A DNA stretch of 63,611 nt, the filler included, from Hausera hauseri (Eukaryota), in NCBI GenBank assembly GCA_046269625.1. It is 11 parts of 11 records of this genome, joined end to end, with 100 filler letters (N's around TTAATTAATTAA, not from the genome) between each part and the next. Parts side by side here need not be neighbours in the genome. Positions count along the whole stretch, not along the records: positions 1 to 6,091 come from JBJURY010142093.1; positions 6,192 to 10,699 come from JBJURY010548786.1; positions 10,800 to 17,811 come from JBJURY010043998.1; 8 more parts are not named here. One strand, given 5' to 3'. Every line of letters starts with the position of its first letter. Within the stretch, counting starts at the first letter, position 1. The position numbers were made by a program, and so were the translations under genes. Below are positions 1 to 10,979 of this stretch, one piece after another. A model generated the notes under the pieces. The model was not told the DNA's origin. It saw only the letters and a program-made list of their open reading frames with translations, and made no database searches.

Positions 1-1050
1 TTTATGCCCACAATATCCAGTAAACCAAAGAAGATAGAGAGTGTCCAGTGCCGAGTTGCACGTTGCACAGAATAGCGCTGGCAAACTTGATCTATTGCGT
101 CAACGCCTCCTTTGGTTAAGTTACATGAAATAAGGATTTCAGGCTTATTAGAAGCTGGATCAATTGTTGAATCATGGTGCATTGTTGATAACAAAAGTAC
201 TGCTTTTCCTCGTTTAGGAACATATGAAACGAGTGTGACATTGTCTTTGAAGCCAAAATGTGATGATTCAGTTACTCGAAGCTTTCTTGGTAAGAATAGA
301 GAAGGAAATTCTAGTTTATTATTTTTCAAAGTTCCGATTATAATAAGTCTCTCTGAATGCAAACTTTGGCCAGCGGTACGCTTGTAAAGAAATTTTCATT
401 ACTAACATTTCGTCCGGCATTATGCAGACATTGCACCAGATTTTGAATTACGTCACTGTCTAAACCAATTGATCTGTCAGCACCTAGCTGTTTTCCGAGG
501 TATGGCAGACCACTGCACACGAAATAAGTTTTAGAATCAACTAGGAACCAAAGTTTATTGCTGTACTTGTTTGGCTTTGACGACATGGACTGTTTGAATG
601 GTGAGCGAGCTCTAAAGGCTAAGATTTGTTCGTCGAATGTTAGATATTCTGATGATCTATAGATCTCCTGGTTTATTTTCATAACACCATTCCACACTTC
701 ACACAATGGAGCAAATTTATCTGCAGTTTTTCCGTCTGCTGTAGAATTCAAGCCATCCAATCGAATGCAGGAAAGTATCACTTGAAAACATGATCGGGGT
801 ATGACAACTTGAAATAATGATGGAACTATGGGTAACTAACTCGATGTAACATCTACATCAATCTTGCTAAAACCAAGCACACCAGTTGCACGTAGCAAAC
901 CAAAAATGCTAACATTTCTTCAACTGCGATTTTAACAAATTCTTCAGCATCTTTTTGTTTGTTTCTCCACAACTGTTTGTACTACATATTGCTATGATCT
1001 GTAATTCGTTTTACTACGTTCATTGGTTTAGAAGCTTTTGCTATGCTCCT
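1..1050 (-). mobile_element. piggyBac transposase pseudogene, catalytic and 3' part
   Basis: Minus-strand translation gives piggyBac motifs: LTFDEQILAFRARSPFKQSMSSKPNKY, NVSNENFFTS, VTLVSYVPKRGKAVLLLSTMH, TKGGVDAIDQ. Frameshifted. Confidence 0.9.
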
Positions 1051-1169
1051 AAAAGAACTAATCACAATATGACAAGCAGATTTCACAAAACCGTCGAATA
1101 AAAGGACGGGGCGAATAAAATGAACGAAGAAAACAAGTAACTCGACAAAAGTTTATTATAATTTTTCGG

Positions 1170-4100
1170 TTAATCCGCTGACGCGTATGAGTCCTCAGAA
1201 GATGATCGGGACGGTTCTAGTCTGCGAAGTCGGCGAGGAGGGGTCGTCAAGCCGTACGAGCTGGAGCTGGACATCCTTGGCCGCCGCGTTCCGTTGGTTT
1301 GGTTCCGTGAAATCAACTCTCTCTGGGATGGAACCAACGATTCAAAGAGACGGTCTGTCGCCGCCATCAGTTTGATAAAGACTGATAGGAAGACGGACAA
1401 ATCAAAAAGTCGCCGATTCACCCTGTCGGCGTAGAATTTTTCGAGGGAATATGGATGGTCATTCCTTAACCTGATAAGGTGTCGTACAAAATGGCTGCGT
1501 TGCAGTAGCTCACGTACCGTTTGGGAAATCCGAATAGGATCGGTATGGAGCTTGCTGGGTGTTAGTGCAGTGTCTTTTTCCGCGTGAAGTTGTTTTTCGC
1601 CGGGTTGGGAGCTGTCGATCTTCTTTTTGCGCTTGTTCCGCGGGGGCGACACGGCTGTCGGCCTTTGTTTCTGCTACAATGTACGCTGGTCGAAGCACTT
1701 TTGTAATGCGATACCCCGAAATCATCGCTTTGGGCTCTGCGATACAAGGTCCATTTTGTCGGAAGTTGTGGGTGATTTTGCTTTTCCCGACCGAGCTTGT
1801 GGTTCTGCATTTGCCTGAGTTTTTATACTTCCTAATAATTTTTGAAGGTACTCTGTTTTCTTGGTTTATATCGTTTGCATACATATTTCGGTTGTTATTT
1901 GTGGGAATAGAACCCTATGTTGTAGCACTTGTCTCATATACCCCTTCATCATACCATATGTATTGGGTTTTGATAAGGTTTTGTTTCTGAACTGAATGTC
2001 GTCCAAAATTCTGTGCTATAGGAAATCGTTTTGTTGAGTACTTTGTCGCCTGTACTCTAATGCCTTGTACGCCTGTCACGTGGATGGAGTTGCCTTGCGC
2101 GTCGCCTGATTGTATTCGGAGTGTTCGTTGCTTATCAAAAGCGGTACATGCAAGTGTCGTTATCGGCACTGGGGGTTCGATCCCCAACTGCCTAAATGCG
2201 AACTTCACGTTGAGTGCAACCAGACATTAGCTTTTTGGTAACTTTAGGGTTTTATTCGAGCTTAGGTATCTTTGATATACTTCTAGTGCGACTTGATACT
2301 GGCGCGGCAGGGGTTTTGTTTCGTGCTATCGTACGTTCAGTCTCCGGAAGTAATGGCATCGGGGTTATATTAGTTTCGGCTTGGACCAGTGTTGGTCATG
2401 CTACGAAAGTGTCCATGTCAAATGGATCGATCTTTTCATAATTTTCACGAAGCTTGTCAACATCAGTCATGCTTGTTGTGTCTTGTTCAACTACGTCTTC
2501 GATATCTGACTCATGATAACTGAATGCTGCTTTTACGTTCGCCAAGTGACGTGTATATACAGCATTGTCGCGTCTTAGTTTGGCATTTTGCTCAGTGATT
2601 TCTATGAGTTTGTAGGGGTCTTTGTATTACAGTTCAAAACCGTGTCTTTGTTGGCTTTTGAACCAGACAAAGGAAGCTTTTTGTAGATTTTTCGGCACGA
2701 GTGTTTTTCTGTGGTTGTTGTTGATCGCAGGATTCGTGTCAGTTGACGAGGAATTTTACTGAGCTTGTTTGAGAGCAGGGATGGAAGTTATTTTCTCACT
2801 GCTCACCAGATATTGTGGGAATTTGAGATGGACACCAAATAATAGTTGTGCCGACAGGCATCGGTGCTTGTGTTTCTCCAACTTAGCACGATGGGTAGTA
2901 CATCCAGTCAGTTCTTATTGTCATGATATAGGATTCATAAGAATGATTCGAGTGTGAGATGAAATCGTTCAATCGAACCGTTCGCCTATGGATGGTAGAA
3001 CGATGTGTGTATATGTTCTGAACCAAGCGATTTGGTTAATTGGTTGAATATGGCTAATTCTAACTGGGTACTTTGATATGTTATAATATTTTTGGGTACT
3101 CCAAATCGAAAGATCCACGAATTTAATAATACTTCCACAATACTTTGCGTTGTAATTTGACGAATTGGAATGGCTTCAGAGCATCTTGTTTTCCTATCCA
3201 AATTAGTTATGATATATTGATATCCGTTACATTCTGGAAGTGGTCCTACTATATCCATATAGATGGTCTCAAACCGTGAGCCAGTAGAATAGTATAGTAT
3301 TGGTGACTGTATAGTTTTTTTTTTACTTTATACTGTTGGCAAAGTGAACATTCCTTGGTCCAACGTTTCATGTCAAGCTGTGGCTTTTGATCCAGGGTGA
3401 TGGATGTTGTGAGTGGTGTCGAATGCCTATTTTCGCAGGTTTACTGCAAGAATGGGGCGTGGACAACCATCGAGGATGGTATTGTATTGTATTCCATCCT
3501 TTGTGTCGACTGTTTTAAAGAACGTAACATCGTCTTCATGTGGATGGTTCGATCGGAGAACCTCTTCCGTGAAAATTAGATCGAAGGATATTGTCGATAT
3601 CCCCGATCTGGAGAAGAAATCAGCGACTGTATCATCTTTCCAGTTATATATTCTATCTGGATTGAAAATTCCGATAGAAATGAGATGTGTCGCCCTTGAC
3701 AAGGTGATGGGTTTTCTATACTCATCATGTGAATGAGTGGTTTGTGATCCATACAGATTGTGAACACATTTCCTTCCAGAAAATGTCTGAACTGTTTGAC
3801 ACTGAGAATTATTGCTAGCAATTCTCGGTCGAAAATCGAGTAGCTTCGCTCAGGCGAATTGAATTTGTCGGAAAAGAATTTAATGGGAGCACTTTGCCAT
3901 AAATTGATTATGCAAGCATGGTGCCTGCAGCTATTGTGAATGCATCTGTTGTTAAGATAATCGATGCATTTCGTTTAGGATAGTGTAGTGTAGGTATGTG
4001 AAGAAGCGTCGTTTTCTTATTGGCAAATCCTGTTCAGCCTCATCTATCCAATTTACCTGGAATTTCTTGGGTCCTTGACTTAGAGCAGATAGAGGTAACA

Positions 4101-4470
4101 GGATTTCCGAACAATGAGGAACGTAACGATGGCAGAAATTAATTATGACAAGGAAGCTGCGAAGCCCAGTCACGGTAGATGGCTTCGGTATTTGTTTGCT
4201 GGTTTCTAGTCGCTCAAGAAGAGGACTGTGACCATCTGGTGTTAGTTGAAGTCCGAGAAATACGACTTCTGTTTTGAAGAATGAACACTTGTTTATGTTC
4301 ACTAGTAGGTTGTTTTCATTCAATCTATGAAAAACGGGCTCGAGGTGTAATTTGTGAGTCGCTTCATCAGGTGATGCAATAAATATGTCATCTGTGTATG
4401 GGATTGGATAAAGCATGTCGATGAGGACTTGGTCTATCTGGCGTTGGAATGTTTGACTTGCAGAAGAAAA
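1170..4470 (-). mobile_element. Decayed Gypsy (CsRn1-like) pol: RT-RNaseH-integrase plus long 3' extension
   Basis: RT YTDDIFI (3952-4470), RNaseH LAIILSVKQFRHFLEG..DHKPL (3576-3950), integrase MDIVGPLP..RFGVPKNI (2986-3258), integrase C-terminal GPY/F-like VPKNLQKASFVWFK..YKDPYKL (~2480-2700). Many stops and frameshifts; no LTRs seen. Confidence 0.88.
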
Positions 4471-4474
4471 AAAT

Positions 4475-4780
4475 CTAGTACAGTCTTTTCTTGCTCTGCT
4501 GCTCCCACTGTATAAGGATTTGTGCGACAATATTTCCAGCTCTCGTTTTTACAGTATTATCAGGCGTTTTACACCACACTGTATTATTTTTACTTGTATA
4601 ATAAGTTTGTGCTGACTCACCTTCTTCCGCTTCAAAGGCGCTTTCAAGTGCAACAATATTTTCCTTATTTTCATTGTTATTATCACTTACTGAATCATGC
4701 ACACTTAGAGTGCCTGTAATGTTTTCCGCTTCAGAAACTACTTCTGTAATCTCGGTACTATTTAATTCTTTTTCAATCTG
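4475..4780 (-). mobile_element. piggyBac transposase N-terminal fragment
   Basis: Acidic region followed by YYTSKNNTVWCKTPDNTVKTRAGNIV, typical of piggyBac N-termini. Same strand as the 1-1050 fragment. Confidence 0.6.
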
Positions 4781-5449
4781 ATTGTGGTGCCGGCGTCGAC
4801 CTTTGCCCTTCGGCCTATTCGGTTGGGCACGGCCGAGGTTTCCGCTGCCGGCGCGTCGGGCGCATAGGCAGGCCCCGATTTTCTACACTGAAGACCGAAA
4901 CATTTGAATGCTGCTAAAACTTAATTGATTCGATAATCTGTAGAAAAAAAACTGAAAATCCCAATTCGTGCTCAAACAGTTGATTACAAAACTCTTGAAG
5001 AAACTTCTAACAGACAGTCACGAATTCAACTCACCAGAAACAACGGTTAAACATACTGTCATCGATGTTCATGTCGTAGGATGTGGACCATGCAACACAA
5101 TTATTGAAACCAATTATTCTAAACGTGTATAGTATTTCTTTTAACAATATCAATATTATCGTGGCTGTTTGCCGTCATATGCTTTTATTTTATCAATACA
5201 TGCGAATCAGCAAAGTTAAAAATATAAATCATCCAAAGAAGAATTCTACAGAAAGTGTCGTGCATTATAGCGATACTATTGACAACGATTTTTGGTCTAG
5301 TCAGCTGACTGATTTGCACATCAGCAAATTTAATGACTACGGCAGATCGAAACATCTGAAACCCGTGGAACAACTCGGTCTCACTTGCCAATGTACTTTG
5401 TTCATTTCACTCAAATTCCGTTTGTGGTGTCTTTTACAGTGATACTATA

Positions 5450-5580
5450 GAAAACAACAACAATAACAGATACAGTAACAAAAACAACATTAGATGCAAC
5501 ATCAAATGACACAACAATCACAACTAATTCAGCAGCTAGTTGCATCAACATCAACTGTAGCAGCAACAGCAACCTCAATT
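5450..5580. repeat. Degenerate (CAA/CAG)n low-complexity tract
   Basis: Imperfect trinucleotide repeats visible in the sequence. Confidence 0.7.
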
Positions 5581-6091
5581 CACTTTTTCCCAATTAAAGG
5601 CAGTTCTTGTCGAATGAAACAGATAATTTAAATGGCTAAGTTTTCATCTCTGCATTATCCACGGAGTTAAGAATTAAATTCCAATCTACAGAATAATCGG
5701 ATAATCCCATACTCAATTACATAATTGGTATTGAATTATGAAGACTCGATTTGATTGTTACACAATCGCTCATTTAAATACTTTACATAAATGCTAATGT
5801 TTTATCGTTACTGATGAAAGTGGTGAACGTAGTGGGCAAAGCCAACATCACACAACAAAAAAACTTAACGCGTGTTCCATGTGCAGATATCAAGTCAATC
5901 GATAATCGATATTATGAACTTTGTCTAAAACGGACGCAATCCCTTTACACTATTGAGAGCTGTTAACAGGGGTTTTCGTTTAAGTGCCAGAGACAATTTA
6001 TATACGACCAGTGGAATTTTTTTTGTTTTAATATTATAAAGTGAGAAAACAATTGAAAATTTGAAGTTGAATAAAGAAGATTGTTCTCCGT

Positions 6092-6191
6092 NNNNNNNNN
6101 NNNNNNNNNNNNNNNNNNNNNNNNNNNNNNNNNNNTTAATTAATTAANNNNNNNNNNNNNNNNNNNNNNNNNNNNNNNNNNNNNNNNNNNN
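6092..6191. other. Artificial 100-bp contig spacer with six-frame stop linker. Recurs at 10700-10799, 17812-17911, 25206-25305, 32630-32729, 37751-37850, 43647-43746, 48547-48646, 53851-53950, 57892-57991
   Basis: N-run, TTAATTAATTAA, N-run, identical ten times. Confidence 0.99.
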
Positions 6192-8782
6192 ACTCTTGCC
6201 ACTTCCCAGAAGTTTGTTAATGATGGTCTCCAATGCTACACAAATAAAAAAAGCCAACAGATAATAAAAATAAAAAAATTAGCAGTAATTTACAGTAATA
6301 GCTGATACAAAATTTGTTCCCTCTCATAAGATGTGATGTATTATGTTAAACACTCAATTGTGAATATAATTTTCTATTAAATTTTCAAAGCTGAAATAAA
6401 AAGAAGTTTACATGTGCGGCTACCAACTATTCCTGATGCCATGTTTAAATTCATCTGTGCTTACATTTTATGCGATAATAAAGTGACTTGTTAATTCTTT
6501 AAATCTGGCAATTTGTATTCAGCAACCATCAGAAAGGAACAGGAAAGTTTTGTTGGATTACTGCAGGCACCTTCACATTCATCAAACAGGTTAAAATACT
6601 TATGACTGTATGTTACTCCCACCTCTATACAGCATTAGTTGCTTTCAGTTCAATAATTAGATGGTTAAATTCTTGATATCTTCACAAAACTGGTACAGAA
6701 AAATATGCTTTTGAGTTTACTGATTGTTTAAACCACAGTGTGAAACAACATGATGAATGAAATCAGGATTCACATTAACAGCATGTAAAAGTATATGGTA
6801 CACATTTCAGTAAGAAAGATGCTGATAATTTACACTATCCATCATCGCATCAGGACTCCAGGTTGTAAAACATTTTTGCTGGAACCGTGTAAGTTACAGT
6901 TTGTGGCAATAAGTCAGCCATTTCTTTAACATGGGAGTTTTACACATGTCCATTCTGTTGCATTACTTAAAGTATTCACAACATTACAGAGCATCACTGA
7001 GTTGGAGGTTGTGATGACCTGAATATTGATAATAAATACTTGGAAAAATATTCCACTAACAAAGAAAACAGAGACCACTTCATACTGACTACATGAACTT
7101 TAGCACATCTCCAGTGAAGAAAACACAGAAGAGATGGATGAAATTTCAGAAATGAATTATTTCAAAATCATATTTCTTTTTCTGCATTCTCAAAAAAATT
7201 AATAAAACAGCAATAGATAAATTGTTTCGTTTTTGTTGTTGTTATGGAAAACGAATTAATGCAATCTAGAGAGACTTGTTTTCAGTACAATCGTATTTGC
7301 CTTTGATTCGGAAAATAATCCAAAAAAATGAAAAGTTGAGAATGAAATTGCCAGAGCAAAAGACCAAAGTAATTGTTTGAGATATCTTTGATATCAGACA
7401 GAATCTGATATGAAAGAAATTTTAATTATCGTTCTTAGACGCTGGAAAATAAATTGAACTGGAAACTTCTGCAATTTACTTTTATTTGTATTTTTCTCTG
7501 CATTGAAATAATGGCTTTTGATGAAATTTTAATAAAATTGCAGCAATATCAGAGTATAAATGGCAGAAGTAGATGAAATGTTTATAATGTATGTTACGAA
7601 ATGGTAGAAATCGTCGATCGCTTACATCATTAGAAAATAACAATTTGTACTGTGCTCATAAAGAGTCACAACTTTACTTCAAGACGCAGATTTTGATGAA
7701 ATTCTGTAAAGTAATTTTGCGTGCTGAATTCAGGTATGTAAAATATTTTTGCTCCTATCCAGAAATTTCTAAGTTCATCATACTAGTTTTTGTAGTATCG
7801 GTACTTCGTCATAAATAATTCGCCAGTATGAAACCAAAAAATACACAAAATACCGATGTTTCATTTAATAAAATAATAAACATATCAAAATCAGGTATTG
7901 CAATCAACTTTATACAAACTATTTCGCATTTGGAAAGTATTTTATCTTCGAAAAAAAAGCTTGGAAATTAGTTTCTTGTTCAATCCTCACCAATTTTACT
8001 TTCTGATTCACAATAAAATTGATGTTTAATTGATGAAGAGAACAATGAACTTTATTCCAAAATCGTTAAGAGGGTAAACGTTAGCAGTACTTGCCTACTT
8101 ATTAGTCAGTAATGTGTTGCAAGAATACTCAAAAATACTTCGTGTGTTTACTGACCTAAGGTTTATTATCTTATACGTTAGATGGGTTTTTAATGGGGCC
8201 TCCGTCAGGTCGTTTTTACCTGGTCGGAGAATTTCCAAATTAGTTACCTTTACTTACTTACTTTCTTTACTTAACCAAAAACTTCAAACATAAACAAAAT
8301 AATATAATTTATGCTCTCTAATTTACAACAGACACGCGAAAAAGGAAATAAGACTTACATGAAATCATGGCAAAAATTATAAATAATTTTGAAATCGCAC
8401 GTAATCAATTGTGTGTCAGTACTAAAAAATGTCTTCTTTTATAGTTAGTTGTGTACAGAATAAAATGACCATTTTAGGACATTTGTCCAAATTTAGACAA
8501 CAAATAAATAAAGTTTTGCTATCACACACATGAAGAAATTCCCGTACATATAATCAAGCTAAAAATAAATGGTCAGCGAGAACAAAATCAATGAATTAAT
8601 TTCAATACATAAAATTTTGTTAGTCAGTCAGCAAACAATACGATAGTCAATAGCCAATAGGCATAATTTTATTCGTCAGTCGATTCAGTCGATAGTCAGT
8701 AGACAATCAGTAGACAATGATAGGATCAAGGGTTGGAGGAAATTGACCAAAATTTCTGTAGACTTGTAGAGATGAATGGTGG

Positions 8783-10144
8783 TTACTGATCAAGACTAAG
8801 GGGAACATGTATAACTTTGCCCGTTGTTCGAGACTTGTACCGTATGGATTCGGGCTCGTATACCTCCTCGTCGATGGTTACAGTTTCGTCGACTTGAATC
8901 TTTCTTTTCCTGCCACTTGTAGATGGTAATGGTGCTTTTAGCACCCTATCGGGAGCCGCGTCCGTAATGATTGCTTCATTAGTCCATTTGAGTTGCCGAT
9001 ATATTGATTGATAACATTGCACCAGAGCGGTGCTACGTAATGGGAAGCCCTTGGAGTCATAAAATTTACGGGCTAGTTCTTTATACGTATTGTTGGTTAA
9101 TTGATACTTCCGAATAACCTCTTCGTGATGTAATACATCACGAACTCCGGCTATTCGGCGTATTGGGCATTTGAGATGATTCACTATCATCTCGACCACG
9201 TCGGCCCCGATGACAATCTTGTCCGTTAAGATCTCAGTTACTTTGTGGTATACGTCCGGCGGATCCATTTGGTTATTGATATTTACTTCTGCTAAGCCAG
9301 TTATGTGGCTATCGAAATTATTTATCCTTTGGCGAGGGGATACCATACAATAAAATAGCGTGTTTCCATGTATATCGATTATTGATATCTCGATTGGTTG
9401 TAATTGGTTCCACTGGTCATAGGCCAAATTAACGGCGGCTATGACCAGATCACTGTCTGTTACTTGTTGGGTACGTCGATAGGGCATTGTTTTGTATCTG
9501 ACATAATCGGGTTCGGGGAGGTTAAAACATTTTCCAGCGGGTAAGGCCGATTGAAATTTTTCTCTTTTGATTACCTCAAAGGCAAACAAAATTCGATTTG
9601 TAAGAGACCGGATCTTGAGTGTGTTCTGTTCAATAAAGGAGTACTCGAATGCCAAACCGTGTTCTGGATCCATATTCAGCAGATCCCCTTTTATTGATGT
9701 CTTCTTGTTTATTGTTTTTATGTGGAACTGACCAGCGATACAATAGATGTTCATTGAATGAAATTGCTCGGGTAAAGAAAGAAGATCTTTCATATAGAAT
9801 GACGTTGCCTTTGTAATTTGGAGCAGAGCTAATGATCGGTTTGACATACTGTAGCCTTTTAAGTTATTTGGTATTTGCTGGGTTAATGGATAGTTTAGGC
9901 TACTCGTGTAATCATTATGAGTTACATAATATTGGTTTGTTGGATTGGCATTGAGGAGATGATTTTTCGCATTGGCATACCAATGCTTTGATCGACTGAT
10001 GGATTGTATTTGATAAGCAGTTGAAGACGACACTATAAATAGGAATGTCAATTGGATGTTAATATGGATATCTACGCACATCACAACGGTTATCATACAC
10101 ACAATGGTAATCGTTATGGTTCTATTTTGCTTAATTTTTCGCAA
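8783..10144 (-). CDS. Uninterrupted ORF with C-terminal DEDDh (REX4/ISG20-like) exonuclease fold, catalytic residues degenerate; probably carried by a mobile element
   Basis: IEISIIDIHGNTLFYCMVSPRQRINNFDSHITGL...VYHKVTEILTDKIVIG...VRDV matches the REX4/ISG20 pattern (VSIV..G..L....V.P...I.DY.T..TGI...IL..KIVVGH). The Exo I position reads VIAAVNLA instead of VALDCE. The start codon is uncertain. Confidence 0.7.
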   Translation of the reverse strand: MRKIKQNRTITITIVCMITVVMCVDIHINIQLTFLFIVSSSTAYQIQSISRSKHWYANAKNHLLNANPTNQYYVTHNDYTSSLNYPLTQQIPNNLKGYSMSNRSLALLQITKATSFYMKDLLSLPEQFHSMNIYCIAGQFHIKTINKKTSIKGDLLNMDPEHGLAFEYSFIEQNTLKIRSLTNRILFAFEVIKREKFQSALPAGKCFNLPEPDYVRYKTMPYRRTQQVTDSDLVIAAVNLAYDQWNQLQPIEISIIDIHGNTLFYCMVSPRQRINNFDSHITGLAEVNINNQMDPPDVYHKVTEILTDKIVIGADVVEMIVNHLKCPIRRIAGVRDVLHHEEVIRKYQLTNNTYKELARKFYDSKGFPLRSTALVQCYQSIYRQLKWTNEAIITDAAPDRVLKAPLPSTSGRKRKIQVDETVTIDEEVYEPESIRYKSRTTGKVIHVPLSLDQ

Positions 10145-10216
10145 AGAGGTAACCTGATGACGTGGGGTTATCTCCGTTAACAGGGTTGCGTTTATAGCAA
10201 TCCCTAGACTCCACCG

Positions 10217-10699
10217 TCAGCTGGGACTATTTGTGGCTAACGGGTTCGTTAGCTCACGTAAGTTAATTCGTACCCAGCTTTGTCTTCTCTTGTGTCGTTG
10301 CCGTAGTATGATCTTCATTATTATTATTGCTATTATTATGAGTATTACGGGGGTTATTAAACTTATTATTATTAGTTCTAGGCGAGAATATTTATATTTT
10401 GCTCGTAGTGGCTTTTGAGTTGTAGTCGTTAAATTTGTAAGGGGTTTCTTAATATGTTTAAATCTATGTAATGATTCTAAGAAGTTATCTTTTGTCATTG
10501 CGGACATCACTTTGGTGGAAGTCACTTTATTGTGGTCATCTAATAATTGTAGCATAATCGTGTATTTTGTATTGGGTTCTAAAGCTGCACACGGTACTAC
10601 CAGGTCATCAGGGGTTATAATTCCTTTAGCTACTATAGTGCTTTGTTTTTTGCAAGTAAATTTAATTTTCACGAAGTCAAGATCTGGTCTAACGGAGAT
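10217..10699 (-). CDS. C-terminal part of a type I membrane protein (FN3-like domain, TM helix, basic tail); open to the contig edge
   Basis: LEPNTKYTIML (FN3 L-x-P-x-T-x-Y motif), Thr-rich stalk, hydrophobic LIIISLITPVILIIIAIIIMKIIL, then RQRHKRR stop-transfer. Confidence 0.7.
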   Translation of the reverse strand: MSVRPDLDFVKIKFTCKKQSTIVAKGIITPDDLVVPCAALEPNTKYTIMLQLLDDHNKVTSTKVMSAMTKDNFLESLHRFKHIKKPLTNLTTTTQKPLRAKYKYSRLELIIISLITPVILIIIAIIIMKIILRQRHKRRQSWVRINLRELTNPLATNSPS

Positions 10700-10979
10700 N
10701 NNNNNNNNNNNNNNNNNNNNNNNNNNNNNNNNNNNNNNNNNNNTTAATTAATTAANNNNNNNNNNNNNNNNNNNNNNNNNNNNNNNNNNNNNNNNNNNNC
10801 ACTCATTAAATGAGTCTTATTTTCATCCTTTTTTGAATTTCTTGACTTTATATTGGCTATTTATTGAATTGACTTTAAATTGAATTTAAACATTAATATT
10901 CGTTTAAATTCCTCCTCACAGTTCCGAAACATGAAGAACTGATTAATCACTCTAAATTTACAGTTGGTGCCAATGACTG

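Noticed and set aside
1912-1917. In-frame TAG-G as gammaretrovirus-type readthrough
   Set aside because: The element is riddled with stops, so a CAG>TAG mutation is simpler. No downstream pseudoknot seen.
6730-6800. Minus-strand CC*CES*FHSSC resembling a PHD finger remnant
   Set aside because: Too short and degraded to support a call.
8205-8230. Hairpin ctccgtcaggt/acctggtcggag as a Helitron end
   Set aside because: No CTRR terminus at the proper distance and no Rep/Hel sequence.
8620-8720. Short agtc/agtagacaatc repeats as a CRISPR-like array
   Set aside because: Irregular micro-repeats with no constant repeat-spacer period, in eukaryotic context.
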